A stretch of DNA of 44,943 nt from Betaproteobacteria bacterium (GTDB taxonomy: Bacteria; Pseudomonadota; Gammaproteobacteria; Burkholderiales; SG8-41). Both the position numbers and the translations under genes were made by a program. Positions 8,734 through 18,143 of this stretch are shown in pieces. Every line of letters starts with the position of its first letter. Position 1 is the stretch's first letter. The notes beneath the pieces are model-generated. The model was not told the origin of the DNA, ran no database searches, and saw only the letters and a list, made by a program, of their open reading frames with translations. The stretch is from the NCBI GenBank assembly GCA_016192835.1, contig JACPTJ010000236.1, forward strand, positions 1 through 44,943. Reading direction: 5' to 3'.

Positions 8734-10106
8734 CACTCACTTCAAGCCTGATCGAGACTTGCCGCAGCAAGCTGCCGGCGCAGGTGAACGATGACGCCAT
8801 CGCGGCTGCCCGGCGCTGCCTGCTCGACAGCCTCGCGGCCGCATACGCGGCGTATGGCGAAGCACCGATAGAGATGCTTCGCGGTGAGACGACGGAAGGC
8901 AGCGCGAAGGGCGAAGCGAGCGTCATTGGCTATGGCGACCGCGTCCGCCCGAGCGACGCCGCACTCGTGAACGGCACGATGATCAGCGTGCAGCTCTTCG
9001 ATGACAATCAGGAGCAGATGCGCGGACACCCGTCGGCGCCGTTGTGGCCGGCGGTGCTGGCGCTCGCCGAAGCGCGCGATGTTTCGTTGCACGAGGCGCT
9101 GCGCATCTTCGTCATCGGCTACGAAGTCGAATGCAGGCTTGGCCTGGTGCTCAATCCGTCGCATTACGAAATCGGCTGGCACGCGACTGCAACGCAGGGC
9201 CTCGTCGCGGCGACCGTGGCGTCGAGCCTGCTGCTCGAGCTCGACGAGACGCGCATGTCGCACGCTCTGGGCATCGCGGCTTCGATGGCGAGCGGCATCC
9301 GGCGCAATTTTGGGACCATGACGATGTCGTTCCACAGCGGGCTTGCAGCGAGCAACGGCGTGCGCGCTGCGCGGCTCGCGGCGCGCGGCTTCATCGCCGA
9401 TCCGCAAATCTTCGACGGCGCCATGAGTTTCGGCGCCGTCTTTTCTCGCGAGTGGTCGCCGGACGCGCTGGCTGAGAATCTCAAAGCGTGGGGTGCGCCG
9501 TTTATGATCGTGTCGCCAGGTCCGACTTTCAAGCTGTACCCGTGCGGCCGGCCCACGCTCTTCGGTGTGGATTGCGTCGTCGAGCTTCAACGCAAGCATC
9601 AGGTGAAACCAGCGGACGTGCGCCGCATCACGTGCGATGTGAGTTACATGTACCCGCGCACCCTGATCCACTCCCGCCCGTCGAATGGACTGCAGGGCAA
9701 GACGTCGCTCGAATATTGCGTCGCGACGACGTTGCTGGATGGCCGTCCGACGCTGGCCTCGTTTACCGATAAGGCAGTGCGCCGCGCCGAAATCACGCGA
9801 CTTATCGGCATCACCGAAGTGCGCGTGCCGCCCGAGCTGTCCGAAAACGTGCCGGAAGTGCGCAAGGCGCCATTCGAGCAGCCGGTGACCGTCACGATCG
9901 AGACGAGCGATGGCCGTGTCTTTTCGGAAACGGTGCGTCACCAGAAAGGCTCGCCCTGGAACCCTGCAAGCGATTCCGGCTTGCGGCAGAAATTCGTCGA
10001 CTGCGCGCTGCCGCACCTTCCGCGCGAGTGCGTCGATGCGGTTCTGGAGTGCATCGGCCGCGACGTGAAAACACGCGAGCTCACGAAGCTCCTGAAGGTC
10101 AGCTAA
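8730..10106 (+). CDS. MmgE/PrpD family protein, paralog 1
   Basis: 458 aa. The ATG overlaps the upstream stop (ATGA). The N-terminal DDAIAAARRCLLDSLAAAYAA and the central GWHATATQG and GIAASMASG blocks are typical of MmgE/PrpD. Confidence 0.85.
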   Translation: MTLTSSLIETCRSKLPAQVNDDAIAAARRCLLDSLAAAYAAYGEAPIEMLRGETTEGSAKGEASVIGYGDRVRPSDAALVNGTMISVQLFDDNQEQMRGHPSAPLWPAVLALAEARDVSLHEALRIFVIGYEVECRLGLVLNPSHYEIGWHATATQGLVAATVASSLLLELDETRMSHALGIAASMASGIRRNFGTMTMSFHSGLAASNGVRAARLAARGFIADPQIFDGAMSFGAVFSREWSPDALAENLKAWGAPFMIVSPGPTFKLYPCGRPTLFGVDCVVELQRKHQVKPADVRRITCDVSYMYPRTLIHSRPSNGLQGKTSLEYCVATTLLDGRPTLASFTDKAVRRAEITRLIGITEVRVPPELSENVPEVRKAPFEQPVTVTIETSDGRVFSETVRHQKGSPWNPASDSGLRQKFVDCALPHLPRECVDAVLECIGRDVKTRELTKLLKVS

Positions 10107-10110
10107 GGGA

Positions 10111-11199
10111 TTGCCGTCAGCCATGCCGACTCTGGTTGTTGAAGAAGACCGCGTGCTGCGCCTCGTGCAGATCGTACTCGATCCGGGCACGCCGGCCGAG
10201 CGCACGTCCGCCTATGCGGACTACATGGCGCATGATGTTGACCTGATCGCCTGGTGCGATGCGCTGCGCGCGCGAATTCCTGGCTTGTATCCGGCTCATG
10301 TGCGTCTCGTCACCAACGCCGATGAATTGCAGCGCGAGCTGCCGTCTGCCGACGTCGTGATCATCGAGAGCCTCGAGCTCGGCGCCCGAGAGCTTGCTGC
10401 CGCGCCGAAGCTCAAATGGGTCCAGACGTTCGGCGCGTTCGCCCTTCACATTGACGAGCGCGCGTGTCGCGCGCGTAACCTGCCGGTGCACACGGTGCGC
10501 CGCCGCACGAACAGGGTTGTGGCCGAGCACACGATGATGCTGATGCTGGCGCTGGCCAAGCGACTTCCGCTCATCAACGGACTCGTCACGCCGGGGCGGC
10601 TCGTCGCGGCCGGTTTCGGGTCACGGCCGTACGACACACGTCACACGCCGGGTGCAAATTTCGCCCGCATCCCGGGGCTGCGCGCGCTCGCAGGCTCTAT
10701 ATTGGGGCTCCTGGGCTTCGGGGAAATCGCCCGCGAAGTGGCGGCCATGGCGCGCCCGTTCGGGATGGAACTCCTCTATCACAAACGCGCGAGGCTCACG
10801 CCGGAGGAAGAGCGGGAGGCGGGCGTCACGTATTCCTCATTCGAAGAGCTCTTCGCGCGCTCCGACTACCTGAGCATACATGTGCCGTCCTCCGCCGAGA
10901 CACGCGACCTTGTCGATGCCGCCGCGCTTCGCCGCATGAAGTGCGGCGCATTCCTCGTCAACACTTCACGCGCGGCCATCGTCAACCAGCAGGCGCTGCT
11001 GGACGCGATTGCAAGCGGCCATTTAGGTGGAGTCGGGCTCGACGTCCTTTACGAAGAACCCGCTGCGAACGACGAGCCGCTGTTGCGCTACCAAAACGTG
11101 ATTCTGACGCCGCACGTCGCCGGCGCTTCGCGCATGAACGGCCTAGCCGACCTGCAGGACATGCTCATCGGCATCTGGCAAGGCATTCGAGACCTCTGA
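10111..11199 (+). CDS. D-isomer-specific 2-hydroxyacid dehydrogenase family, NAD-binding
   Basis: It has the GLLGFGEIAREVA dinucleotide fold, plus LVNTSRAAIV, LDVLYEEP and TPHVAGAS catalytic R/E/H blocks. Confidence 0.85.
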   Translation: MPSAMPTLVVEEDRVLRLVQIVLDPGTPAERTSAYADYMAHDVDLIAWCDALRARIPGLYPAHVRLVTNADELQRELPSADVVIIESLELGARELAAAPKLKWVQTFGAFALHIDERACRARNLPVHTVRRRTNRVVAEHTMMLMLALAKRLPLINGLVTPGRLVAAGFGSRPYDTRHTPGANFARIPGLRALAGSILGLLGFGEIAREVAAMARPFGMELLYHKRARLTPEEEREAGVTYSSFEELFARSDYLSIHVPSSAETRDLVDAAALRRMKCGAFLVNTSRAAIVNQQALLDAIASGHLGGVGLDVLYEEPAANDEPLLRYQNVILTPHVAGASRMNGLADLQDMLIGIWQGIRDL

Positions 11200-11298
11200 A
11201 GGATCGGCTATGGCGAACCGCAGATGGAAACACCGGCTTCCAGGTGTTCATTGCTTCTTCTCCCCGGTCATAATCGCCATTTTAGTGGAGGAACCATC

Positions 11299-12219
11299 AT
11301 GAACGACCGCGCGCCAACTTCATCGCAGAACTCCATGACGGCGGGACAGCGTTTTCGGCACGCGCTCGAGACGACGTCGCCGCTGCCTATAGTCGGCACG
11401 ATCAATCCTTATTGCGCGATGATGGCCGAGCGCGTCGGCCATAAAGCGATCTATCTCGCGGGCGGCGGCATCGCGACCTACTCTTATGGCCTGCCCGATC
11501 TCGCCATCACCACGTTAACTGACGTCCTTACTGACGTTCGTCGCATCACCGATGCGTGCTCGCTCCCGCTCATGGTCGACGTGGATACCGGATTCGGCGG
11601 CGCGTTCAACATCGCGCGGCTGGTGAAGGGGCTCATCAAGGACGGCGCCGCGGCCATGCATATTGAAGACCAGGTGCAGCTCAAGCGCTGCGGCCATCGG
11701 CCTGGCAAAGCCGTGGTGCCGACGGCGGAAATGCTCGATCGGCTGAAGGCTGCGCTCGACGCGCGGACCGATGCGTCGTTCTTCATCTGCGCGCGGACCG
11801 ACGCCATGACGCCCGAAGGCCTTGCGGCCACGATCGATCGCGCGTGCGCCTACCTGGAAGCCGGCGCCGATATGATCTTTGTTGAGGCGTGCAGCGAACT
11901 TTCCCAGTACCGGGCATTCGTCGACGCGCTCAACCGGCCGCACTCGGTGCTCGCGAACATCACCGAGTTCTCGAAGACTCCGGCATTCACGCTGGACGAG
12001 CTGCGTAGCGCCGGCGTATCAGCGGCGCTCTTTCCGCTTTCGGCCGCGCGCGCCATGTCCGCAGCGGCGTTGAAGGTTTACGAGGCGATTTTGCGCGATG
12101 GCAGCGCGAGGAACGTGATCGACATCATGCAGCCGCGCGCGGAGTTGTACGACTTTCTCAACTACCACGCATACGAGGAGAAAATCGACCGGTTGTTTGC
12201 CCGGCAGAGGGGGGAATAG
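11299..12219 (+). CDS. prpB: 2-methylisocitrate lyase-like (ICL/PEP mutase family), paralog 2
   Basis: GGAGGA lies 8 nt upstream of ATG 11299. It has [10 protein letters not shown] and [13 protein letters not shown]. The overall length and the C-terminal [14 protein letters not shown] are PrpB-like. Confidence 0.8.
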   Translation: MNDRAPTSSQNSMTAGQRFRHALETTSPLPIVGTINPYCAMMAERVGHKAIYLAGGGIATYSYGLPDLAITTLTDVLTDVRRITDACSLPLMVDVDTGFGGAFNIARLVKGLIKDGAAAMHIEDQVQLKRCGHRPGKAVVPTAEMLDRLKAALDARTDASFFICARTDAMTPEGLAATIDRACAYLEAGADMIFVEACSELSQYRAFVDALNRPHSVLANITEFSKTPAFTLDELRSAGVSAALFPLSAARAMSAAALKVYEAILRDGSARNVIDIMQPRAELYDFLNYHAYEEKIDRLFARQRGE

Positions 12220-12240
12220 CATTCCGTGCGATGACAGCGG

Positions 12241-13245
12241 TCAATCCGCCTTGGCGCCCGTCGCCTTCACGACTTTCGCCCACTTCGCGGTCTCGCTCTT
12301 CATATAGGCAGCGAACTGCTCGGGCGTCCCGCCCATTGTTTCGAAGCCCTGGCTCACCAGCTTCGCCTTGGTGTCCGGCTGCTGCAGCCCCTTCACGATT
12401 TCCTGATTGAGCTTAGTGATGATGTCGCGGGGCGTGCCGGCCGGCGCCAGCACGCCGAGCCAATTGATGACTTCGAATCCGGGCAGCCTTGATTCAGCTA
12501 TCGTCGGGAGTTCAGGAACAGCGGGAGAACGACGCAGGCTGCTCACGGCGAGCGCTTTCAGCCTGCCTGCGCTGACCGGCGGGAGTGCGCCTGGCAAGCC
12601 GATGAGCATCACCTGCACATGCCCGCCCATGAGATCGGTGATGCCCGGTGTGGCGCCTTTGTAGGGGACATGAAGAATGTCGACGCGCGCGGTGCTCTTG
12701 AGGAGCTCCATCGCAAGGTGGCTCGCCGATCCTGTTCCCGCGGACGCATAGCTCAGCTGTCCCGGCCTCGATTGCGCGAGCCGAATGAAGTCTTGCACCG
12801 ATTTCACCGGCAGCGCCGGGTGGACGACGAGGACGTTCGTAATTGAAGTGGCGAGTGTGACCGGTGCGAGATCCCTCGTTACATCGAACGGCAGCCGGCT
12901 GTGCAGGCTCGGGTTCACCGTCAGTATTCCGGCGCTCGCGAGCAATAAGGTGTAGCCATCGGGCGGCGATTTCGCGACGAGCTCGGTCCCGATATTACCG
13001 TTTGCGCCTGGACGGTTGTCGACAATGACCTGAGGTCCAAAGGTTTCGTTGAGCTTCTGGCCGATTACGCGCGCGAGTATGTCGGTCGGTCCGCCCGCGG
13101 TGAACGGCACGATCAGCCGGATCGGTTTGGCGGGATAGGCAGGCGAGGTTTGCGCCCACGCGGCAGCGCTCGCGAGCAGCAGCGCCATGAGCGCAACCGT
13201 GATCACTCGGCGCGTATGCCGGCTTCCTTGATGACTTTCGACCAT
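12241..13245 (-). CDS. Bug/TctC family substrate-binding protein
   Basis: It has a signal peptide, then YPAKPIRLIVPFTAGGPTDILARV, YASAGTGSASHL and the C-terminal KSETAKWAKVVKATG. An alternative GTG start at 13206 forms a GTGA overlap with the upstream stop. Confidence 0.9.
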   Translation of the reverse strand: MVESHQGSRHTRRVITVALMALLLASAAAWAQTSPAYPAKPIRLIVPFTAGGPTDILARVIGQKLNETFGPQVIVDNRPGANGNIGTELVAKSPPDGYTLLLASAGILTVNPSLHSRLPFDVTRDLAPVTLATSITNVLVVHPALPVKSVQDFIRLAQSRPGQLSYASAGTGSASHLAMELLKSTARVDILHVPYKGATPGITDLMGGHVQVMLIGLPGALPPVSAGRLKALAVSSLRRSPAVPELPTIAESRLPGFEVINWLGVLAPAGTPRDIITKLNQEIVKGLQQPDTKAKLVSQGFETMGGTPEQFAAYMKSETAKWAKVVKATGAKAD

Positions 13246-14192
13246 TTATCGAGCTCCGACTTTACATAAGCGGCGAACTTTTCCGGCGTTGCCGGGCGCG
13301 TTTCAAAACCCTGACGCGCAAAGCTTTCCTGCACGTCGGGAAGGCTCATCGCGCGGTTCAGTTCGCCGTTCAGCTTGACGACGATCGCCCGCGGCGTTCC
13401 GGCCGGCGCGAAGGCGCCGAACCACTGCACGACTTCAAAACCGGGAAACCCCGACTCGGCGACAGTCGGCACGCTCGGCGCGGCGGGCGAGCGTTGCGCG
13501 CCGGTTACCGCCAGCGCTCTCAACTTTCTGGCCTGCACCTGCGGCAGCGTCGTTGCGACAGCGCCGAACAGCAACGGCACGTGGCCGCCGAGCACGTCAT
13601 TCACCGCGATGCCCGCGCCTTTGTATGGCACATGCAGCATCTGAATCCCCGCCGCGCGGTTGAGGAGCTCCCCTGCCATGTGCGCGGAGGTGCCGGCGCC
13701 GTTGGACGCGTAGCTGAGCTGGCCCGGTTTGGCGCGCGCAAGCTGTATCAATTCCTGCAGCGACCGCGCGGGTACGGAGGGATGCGCGACAAGCACATTC
13801 GGAATGACGATGAGCGAGGCGATCGGCGTGAAGTGCTTGATCGGATCGTAGGACAGGTCGCGACGCAGCGCAGGATTGATCGAATGCGTGCTCGCCGTGC
13901 CCAACACGAGGGTGTGGCCGTCGGCAGGTGCATTGGCGGCTATCTGCAGGCCCAGCGCGCCGCTTGCGCCAGCCCTGTTGTCGATGACGATCGGCTGGCG
14001 CCAGCTCTCGCTCATCTTCTGAGCAAGACGCCGGATCACGAGGTCGCCGGCGCCCCCCGCGGGAAACGGGACGATGAAGCGTATCGGCTTGCCCGGATAT
14101 GTCTGCGCGAGCGCGAGCAGCGGGGCGGCACACAGGAGCGCGAGAGCGTGATATCTAATGACATTCGCACGCCGCGGGTATTTGCGCGCCAC
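13203..14192 (-). CDS. Bug/TctC family substrate-binding protein
   Basis: It has a signal peptide, then YPGKPIRFIVPFPAGGAGDLVIRRL, YASNGAGTSAHM and the C-terminal KSELDKWSKVIKEAG. Confidence 0.9.
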   Translation of the reverse strand: MARKYPRRANVIRYHALALLCAAPLLALAQTYPGKPIRFIVPFPAGGAGDLVIRRLAQKMSESWRQPIVIDNRAGASGALGLQIAANAPADGHTLVLGTASTHSINPALRRDLSYDPIKHFTPIASLIVIPNVLVAHPSVPARSLQELIQLARAKPGQLSYASNGAGTSAHMAGELLNRAAGIQMLHVPYKGAGIAVNDVLGGHVPLLFGAVATTLPQVQARKLRALAVTGAQRSPAAPSVPTVAESGFPGFEVVQWFGAFAPAGTPRAIVVKLNGELNRAMSLPDVQESFARQGFETRPATPEKFAAYVKSELDKWSKVIKEAGIRAE

Positions 14193-14195
14193 AGC

Positions 14196-15080
14196 TTAAT
14201 CGCCGGCCTTGAAGCCCGCGACTTTCGCGACCTTCGCCCACTTCGTGATTTCGCTTGCCAGGAATCTTCCCCAGTCGGCGGGCGGGCTACCGACGACATC
14301 CGCGCCGAGCGAGCTGATACGCTCGCTGAAAGCCGGCACATGAAGGATGCGCACGACGTCCGGCACGCCGCCTTCCGCGACCGTCGGCACGTCGGGCAGA
14401 AACGACGAACGTTTAAGGTCGCCGATCGCGATCGCGCGGAGCCGGCCTGCCTTGACGTGAGGAACCACCGAAACGGCGCCGGACATCGACATCTGCACGT
14501 GAGCGCCCAGGAGATCGTTCAGCATCGGGCCCGAGCCTTTGTACGGAATATGCTGAATATCCGTTGACGTCATGGATTTAAAGAGCTCCATCGGCAGCGC
14601 GGTTGCGTTCGAGCTCGATCCATAATTGAGCTTGCCCGGGCGCGCCTTCACGTATTCGAGAAATTCTTTCACCGTCTTTGCCGGTATCGATGGATGCACG
14701 ACTAACAACAGTTGTTGATTGGCCGTCTGCGTAATCGGCGCGAAGTCCTTGATCGTGTCGTAGGGCAGCTTCTTGCCCAGCGCCACGTTGATGGCGTGGC
14801 TGCTCGAAATGATGAGCAACGTATAGCCATCGGGCGCGGCGCGCGCCATGATTTCGGCGCCGACAATGCCGTCCACCCCGGCACGATTGTCTACGACGAC
14901 GCTTTCGTTCAGAGCTTCAGTAAGCCGCTGGGCAATCATGCGGGCAAGCACGTCCGTGCCGCCGCCGGGCGCGTAAGGAACGATGAGGCGTACAGGTTTG
15001 CTCGGGTATCCCTGCGCCAATACGGAAAACGAAACCGCCGCCGTGACGATACCCGCCAAACGAATCAGGTTTTTCAGCAT
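14196..15080 (-). CDS. Bug/TctC family substrate-binding protein with an internal ~26-30 aa deletion
   Basis: It has the normal N-terminus (YPSKPVRLIVPYAPGGGTDVLARM) and C-terminus (ASEITKWAKVAKVAG). It is only 294 aa, and the W-x-G-x-x-APAGTP block is missing after ...TVAEGGVPDV. Confidence 0.75.
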   Translation of the reverse strand: MLKNLIRLAGIVTAAVSFSVLAQGYPSKPVRLIVPYAPGGGTDVLARMIAQRLTEALNESVVVDNRAGVDGIVGAEIMARAAPDGYTLLIISSSHAINVALGKKLPYDTIKDFAPITQTANQQLLLVVHPSIPAKTVKEFLEYVKARPGKLNYGSSSNATALPMELFKSMTSTDIQHIPYKGSGPMLNDLLGAHVQMSMSGAVSVVPHVKAGRLRAIAIGDLKRSSFLPDVPTVAEGGVPDVVRILHVPAFSERISSLGADVVGSPPADWGRFLASEITKWAKVAKVAGFKAGD

Positions 15081-15133
15081 GATCTCCTCCGTAATGAAGG
15101 TTCGCTTTTTCCCACGCTCGATACTACCGGGCC

Positions 15134-16564
15134 TCAGCCCGCGGCCAGCTTTTGCGCCGCCTCCCGCGCCGCAAAGCTTTCCAGGTTCAGTACTATATCG
15201 CGTATTTCCTGCACGCGGTTCTCTGCGACGGCAAGCTGCGCGTTATCGCGATACTTCGCCTCGATTTCGTCCGCTGTCAATGCGCGGTCGCCGGCGCCGC
15301 GGTTGATGGGTTCGTGGTGCCTGAATTCGCGCCCATCGGTGGTGGTGATCACCACGCCGCCCGAAAAATAGTTCGGAAAACGCGTTTCGGGATCGGCGGC
15401 TGCTTCGACTTTTTGCGCGAGCGCCAGAATCTCGCCGTTATTGCGTGCGTCGGCTTCGAGTTCGGGCAACCCGAATCGTCCCCGCGCGAGACATGTTGCA
15501 ACGAAGTACTGCACGCTGAATTTGGCGTCGTAATCGTTTGCGGGGCGCACTTTGTTGGCGACCGGCTCGGCAATGATGTGTATCGTCTCCTTGGGCACGA
15601 GTGCCGTCACTTTCGCGATGCGATCGGGCGTCAACTGATGCTTCTTGCGCAGGAGGAGCGCGGCATCGCCGCAAGCGTGGATTAGATGGCACACCGGATA
15701 AGGTTTGATCGCCACGCCCAGGAGTTCCCATTCTGTGCCAAGCCCGCTCGTAATCGCGCCGTAATTCACGTCTTTCGCGAGATGGCTCAAATGACTTTTG
15801 TACAGCCCGAACCGGCCTTCGTATGGTTTGGTCGGTGCGACAAAACCGCTGCGCGCGAGATGCGCGACCGTAATACCCGCGACGGCCGCCCATCCCGGAT
15901 GCAGGCGTTTATTCCAGGCGCCTTCATCGAGGAATTCCTGGCTCGCGGCCGCCGTGCTGCCCGCGAGTCCCTGCGCCATGACGAGTTGCTCAGCAGTCAA
16001 CCCATGGAGCCAGCCCGTCTGCAGCGCGCACGAAAAATGCGCGCCGATGCCGGTCGGATGAAAACCAAAATCATGGAAGTGGCCTTTGGCCGCATCGCAA
16101 ATACGCGTAACGATCTCCACGCCTAATATATACGCGGTCAGCAGATCGCGGCCGGAACGGCCCAATTGTTCGGCCACGCCGAGCGCGCAGACGAACGCGC
16201 TTGCCGTCGGATGCACGATCGCGCGAATGTGAGTATCGTCGTAATCGAGGCCGTGTACCAGCACTCCATTCATGAGGACCGCATCGCGCAGCGGCAGCCG
16301 CTCTTTCATACCGATCACCGAGCAATCGCCACTGCCGCCCAGAGATCGGATACCCGACAGCGTGCGGTGCGAAAAATCATATTGCGTGGAAGCAAGCGCA
16401 ATGCCGACCGCATCGAGAATCAGCGATTTCGCACGGCTCACGATCGATTCCGGAATCGCATCGTAGCTGAAGCCCGCCACGAATTCCGCGAGTTGGCGGG
16501 AAATCGTCTTCGGTTTTCCAGTCGCAGCCGCTGCTTGCGTCAGTCCGGCAGTGGGAGCATTCAT
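15134..16564 (-). CDS. MmgE/PrpD family protein, paralog 2
   Basis: Start trimmed to ATG 16564, with GGAGGA 5 nt upstream. The 90 extra codons of ORF ..16834 read through a REP-like element. The LAEFVAGFSYDAIPESIVSRAKSLILDAVGIALAS N-terminus is typical of the family. Confidence 0.85.
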   Translation of the reverse strand: MNAPTAGLTQAAAATGKPKTISRQLAEFVAGFSYDAIPESIVSRAKSLILDAVGIALASTQYDFSHRTLSGIRSLGGSGDCSVIGMKERLPLRDAVLMNGVLVHGLDYDDTHIRAIVHPTASAFVCALGVAEQLGRSGRDLLTAYILGVEIVTRICDAAKGHFHDFGFHPTGIGAHFSCALQTGWLHGLTAEQLVMAQGLAGSTAAASQEFLDEGAWNKRLHPGWAAVAGITVAHLARSGFVAPTKPYEGRFGLYKSHLSHLAKDVNYGAITSGLGTEWELLGVAIKPYPVCHLIHACGDAALLLRKKHQLTPDRIAKVTALVPKETIHIIAEPVANKVRPANDYDAKFSVQYFVATCLARGRFGLPELEADARNNGEILALAQKVEAAADPETRFPNYFSGGVVITTTDGREFRHHEPINRGAGDRALTADEIEAKYRDNAQLAVAENRVQEIRDIVLNLESFAAREAAQKLAAG

Positions 16565-16587
16565 GTATCCTCCTTTGTTAACAGTTA

Positions 16588-16668
16588 CGAAACCGCGCGA
16601 CCGTGCGGTTTCGCTCGACGCTCCCCTCGCCCCTTGGGAGAGGGGTTGGGGGTGAGGGAGAGGGTGCT
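16588..16668. repeat. Intergenic structured element: 9-bp-stem hairpin plus a G/C-rich REP-like palindromic unit
   Basis: CGAAACCGC (16588-16596) pairs with GCGGTTTCG (16605-16613). CCCCTC (16623-16628) pairs with GAGGGG (16640-16645), with inner CCC/GGG pairs, followed by GGTGAGGGAGAGGG. Confidence 0.5.
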
Positions 16669-16673
16669 CAATG

Positions 16674-18143
16674 TCAACCGCGCGCCGCGCTTCTGCCCGC
16701 AATGCGCCCGAACACAGCACCCGAAACCAGGCCGGAGCCGCCCGGATAGTTGTAATGGAACAAGCCACCGACCGCTTCGCCACAGGCGTAGAGACCGCCA
16801 ATCGGGCGATAGGCCACATCCATGACTTGCGCATCGTCGCTTACGAGCACGCCGCCGAATGTGAACGTGACGCCTCCCGTAACCGGATAGGCGTAGAAAG
16901 GCGGCGTGTCGAGCGGCTGCGCCCAATTCGTTTTGTCGATAGCCAGGCCTTGCGTTCGCAAGCCGTCTTTCACCAGCGGATCGAAAGTCCCGCCCTTGAG
17001 CGCGGCATGATATTCGGTGAGCGTCGCCAGCGCCTGGTTCTGATCGATGGGCAATTGGCGGATCAGTGCTTCAAGCGTGTCCGCCTGGTACGGCTTGGCG
17101 GTTGCATAGCGGGGCTCCAATAACGAAATGACTTTGGAATCGAACAGCTGGTATCCCACGCCGCCCGGCTGGCTCAGAACGATCTGCCCCATCTTCGCGT
17201 AGGTCAGCATGTTGATATCTTCACCTTCATCAGCGAACCGCAGGCCGCGGTTATTCACCATCACGCTGAAAGGATAAGTGAGTCGATTCGTCTTGTCGGT
17301 GAGCTTGCGATCGCCGAAAGGCGGCGCCGCGGCGTCGATGGGCGTCGAGTGCAGTCCCGAATACTGCCCATGAGACACGGCGCCGACTTCGAATGCCATC
17401 CTGAGGCCGTCGCCCGTATTGAACGACGTGCCCCTGACTTTCGCGATGTCCCACGGCCGGCCGAGATAACGCGCGCGCCATTCCGGGTTCGATTCGAAGC
17501 TGCCGCAACCCAGCACGACGGCTCTGGCCGACAGGTCTTCCAGTCCTTGGGGGCCGTGGATCTGCACTCCGGTAACCGCGCCCGATTTGCCCTGCAACAG
17601 GTGTGTTGCCCGCGTTTCGTAGCGGATTTCGACGCCATGGCGCGCGGCGATGTCGAACCACATCCGGGACAATCCCACGCCTTCGTCCACCGCGCGGATC
17701 ACCGTGCCCGAAAGAAATTTCGTCTTGCCGCCGTACTTGATGGCGCCCAGCATGACCGCCGGCTCCATCTGGATGCCGACCTCCTTCATCCAGCGCACCG
17801 TCGAGTACGAGTTGTCGATCATGATCGCCGCGAGTCTGGGATCGGTGCGGTTCTCGGTCACTTTGCGCAAATCCGCCCAGAACTGATCGGCGGGATAAGG
17901 CACGACATTCTCGAAAAAGCCGGGTTCGTGTTTTTCCGCATCGGGCACGAGCGGCCGCAGGTCTTCAGCGGAATTAAAGGCGATCCGGAAAGCCGCGCCG
18001 CTGTAATGAGTGTTGCCGCCGCGCAATTCCACCGGCGCCTTTTCCAGTATCAGCACGCGTTTGGCGCCGCTCTGCCGTGCCGACACCGCCGCCGCACACG
18101 CAGCATTTCCTGCGCCAACCACAATAACATCGTAATCGCTCAT
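16674..18143 (-). CDS. FAD-binding dehydrogenase (fumarate reductase flavoprotein / TcuA-like)
   Basis: It has the YDVIVVGAGNAACAAAVSA dinucleotide motif, EKAP...RGGNTHYSG and the C-terminal GLYACGEAVGGLFHYNYPGGSGL. The ATG overlaps the IclR stop (ATGA). Confidence 0.8.
   Translation of the reverse strand: MSDYDVIVVGAGNAACAAAVSARQSGAKRVLILEKAPVELRGGNTHYSGAAFRIAFNSAEDLRPLVPDAEKHEPGFFENVVPYPADQFWADLRKVTENRTDPRLAAIMIDNSYSTVRWMKEVGIQMEPAVMLGAIKYGGKTKFLSGTVIRAVDEGVGLSRMWFDIAARHGVEIRYETRATHLLQGKSGAVTGVQIHGPQGLEDLSARAVVLGCGSFESNPEWRARYLGRPWDIAKVRGTSFNTGDGLRMAFEVGAVSHGQYSGLHSTPIDAAAPPFGDRKLTDKTNRLTYPFSVMVNNRGLRFADEGEDINMLTYAKMGQIVLSQPGGVGYQLFDSKVISLLEPRYATAKPYQADTLEALIRQLPIDQNQALATLTEYHAALKGGTFDPLVKDGLRTQGLAIDKTNWAQPLDTPPFYAYPVTGGVTFTFGGVLVSDDAQVMDVAYRPIGGLYACGEAVGGLFHYNYPGGSGLVSGAVFGRIAGRSAARG

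Noticed and set aside
8742-10205. A 487-aa ORF on the minus strand, antisense to the MmgE/PrpD gene. Similar long antisense or out-of-frame ORFs occur at e.g. 271..1128, 1175..2056, 2959..3759, 13494..14567, 17349..18413, 19039..19974, 22032..23036, 31604..32503, 35107..35907, 36958..37860, 37940..39142 and 38767..39546.
   Set aside because: These are Arg/Ala/Gly/His-rich, low-complexity translations with no recognisable domains. Each fully overlaps a strongly supported gene on the other strand or frame. They are typical shadow ORFs of high-GC DNA.
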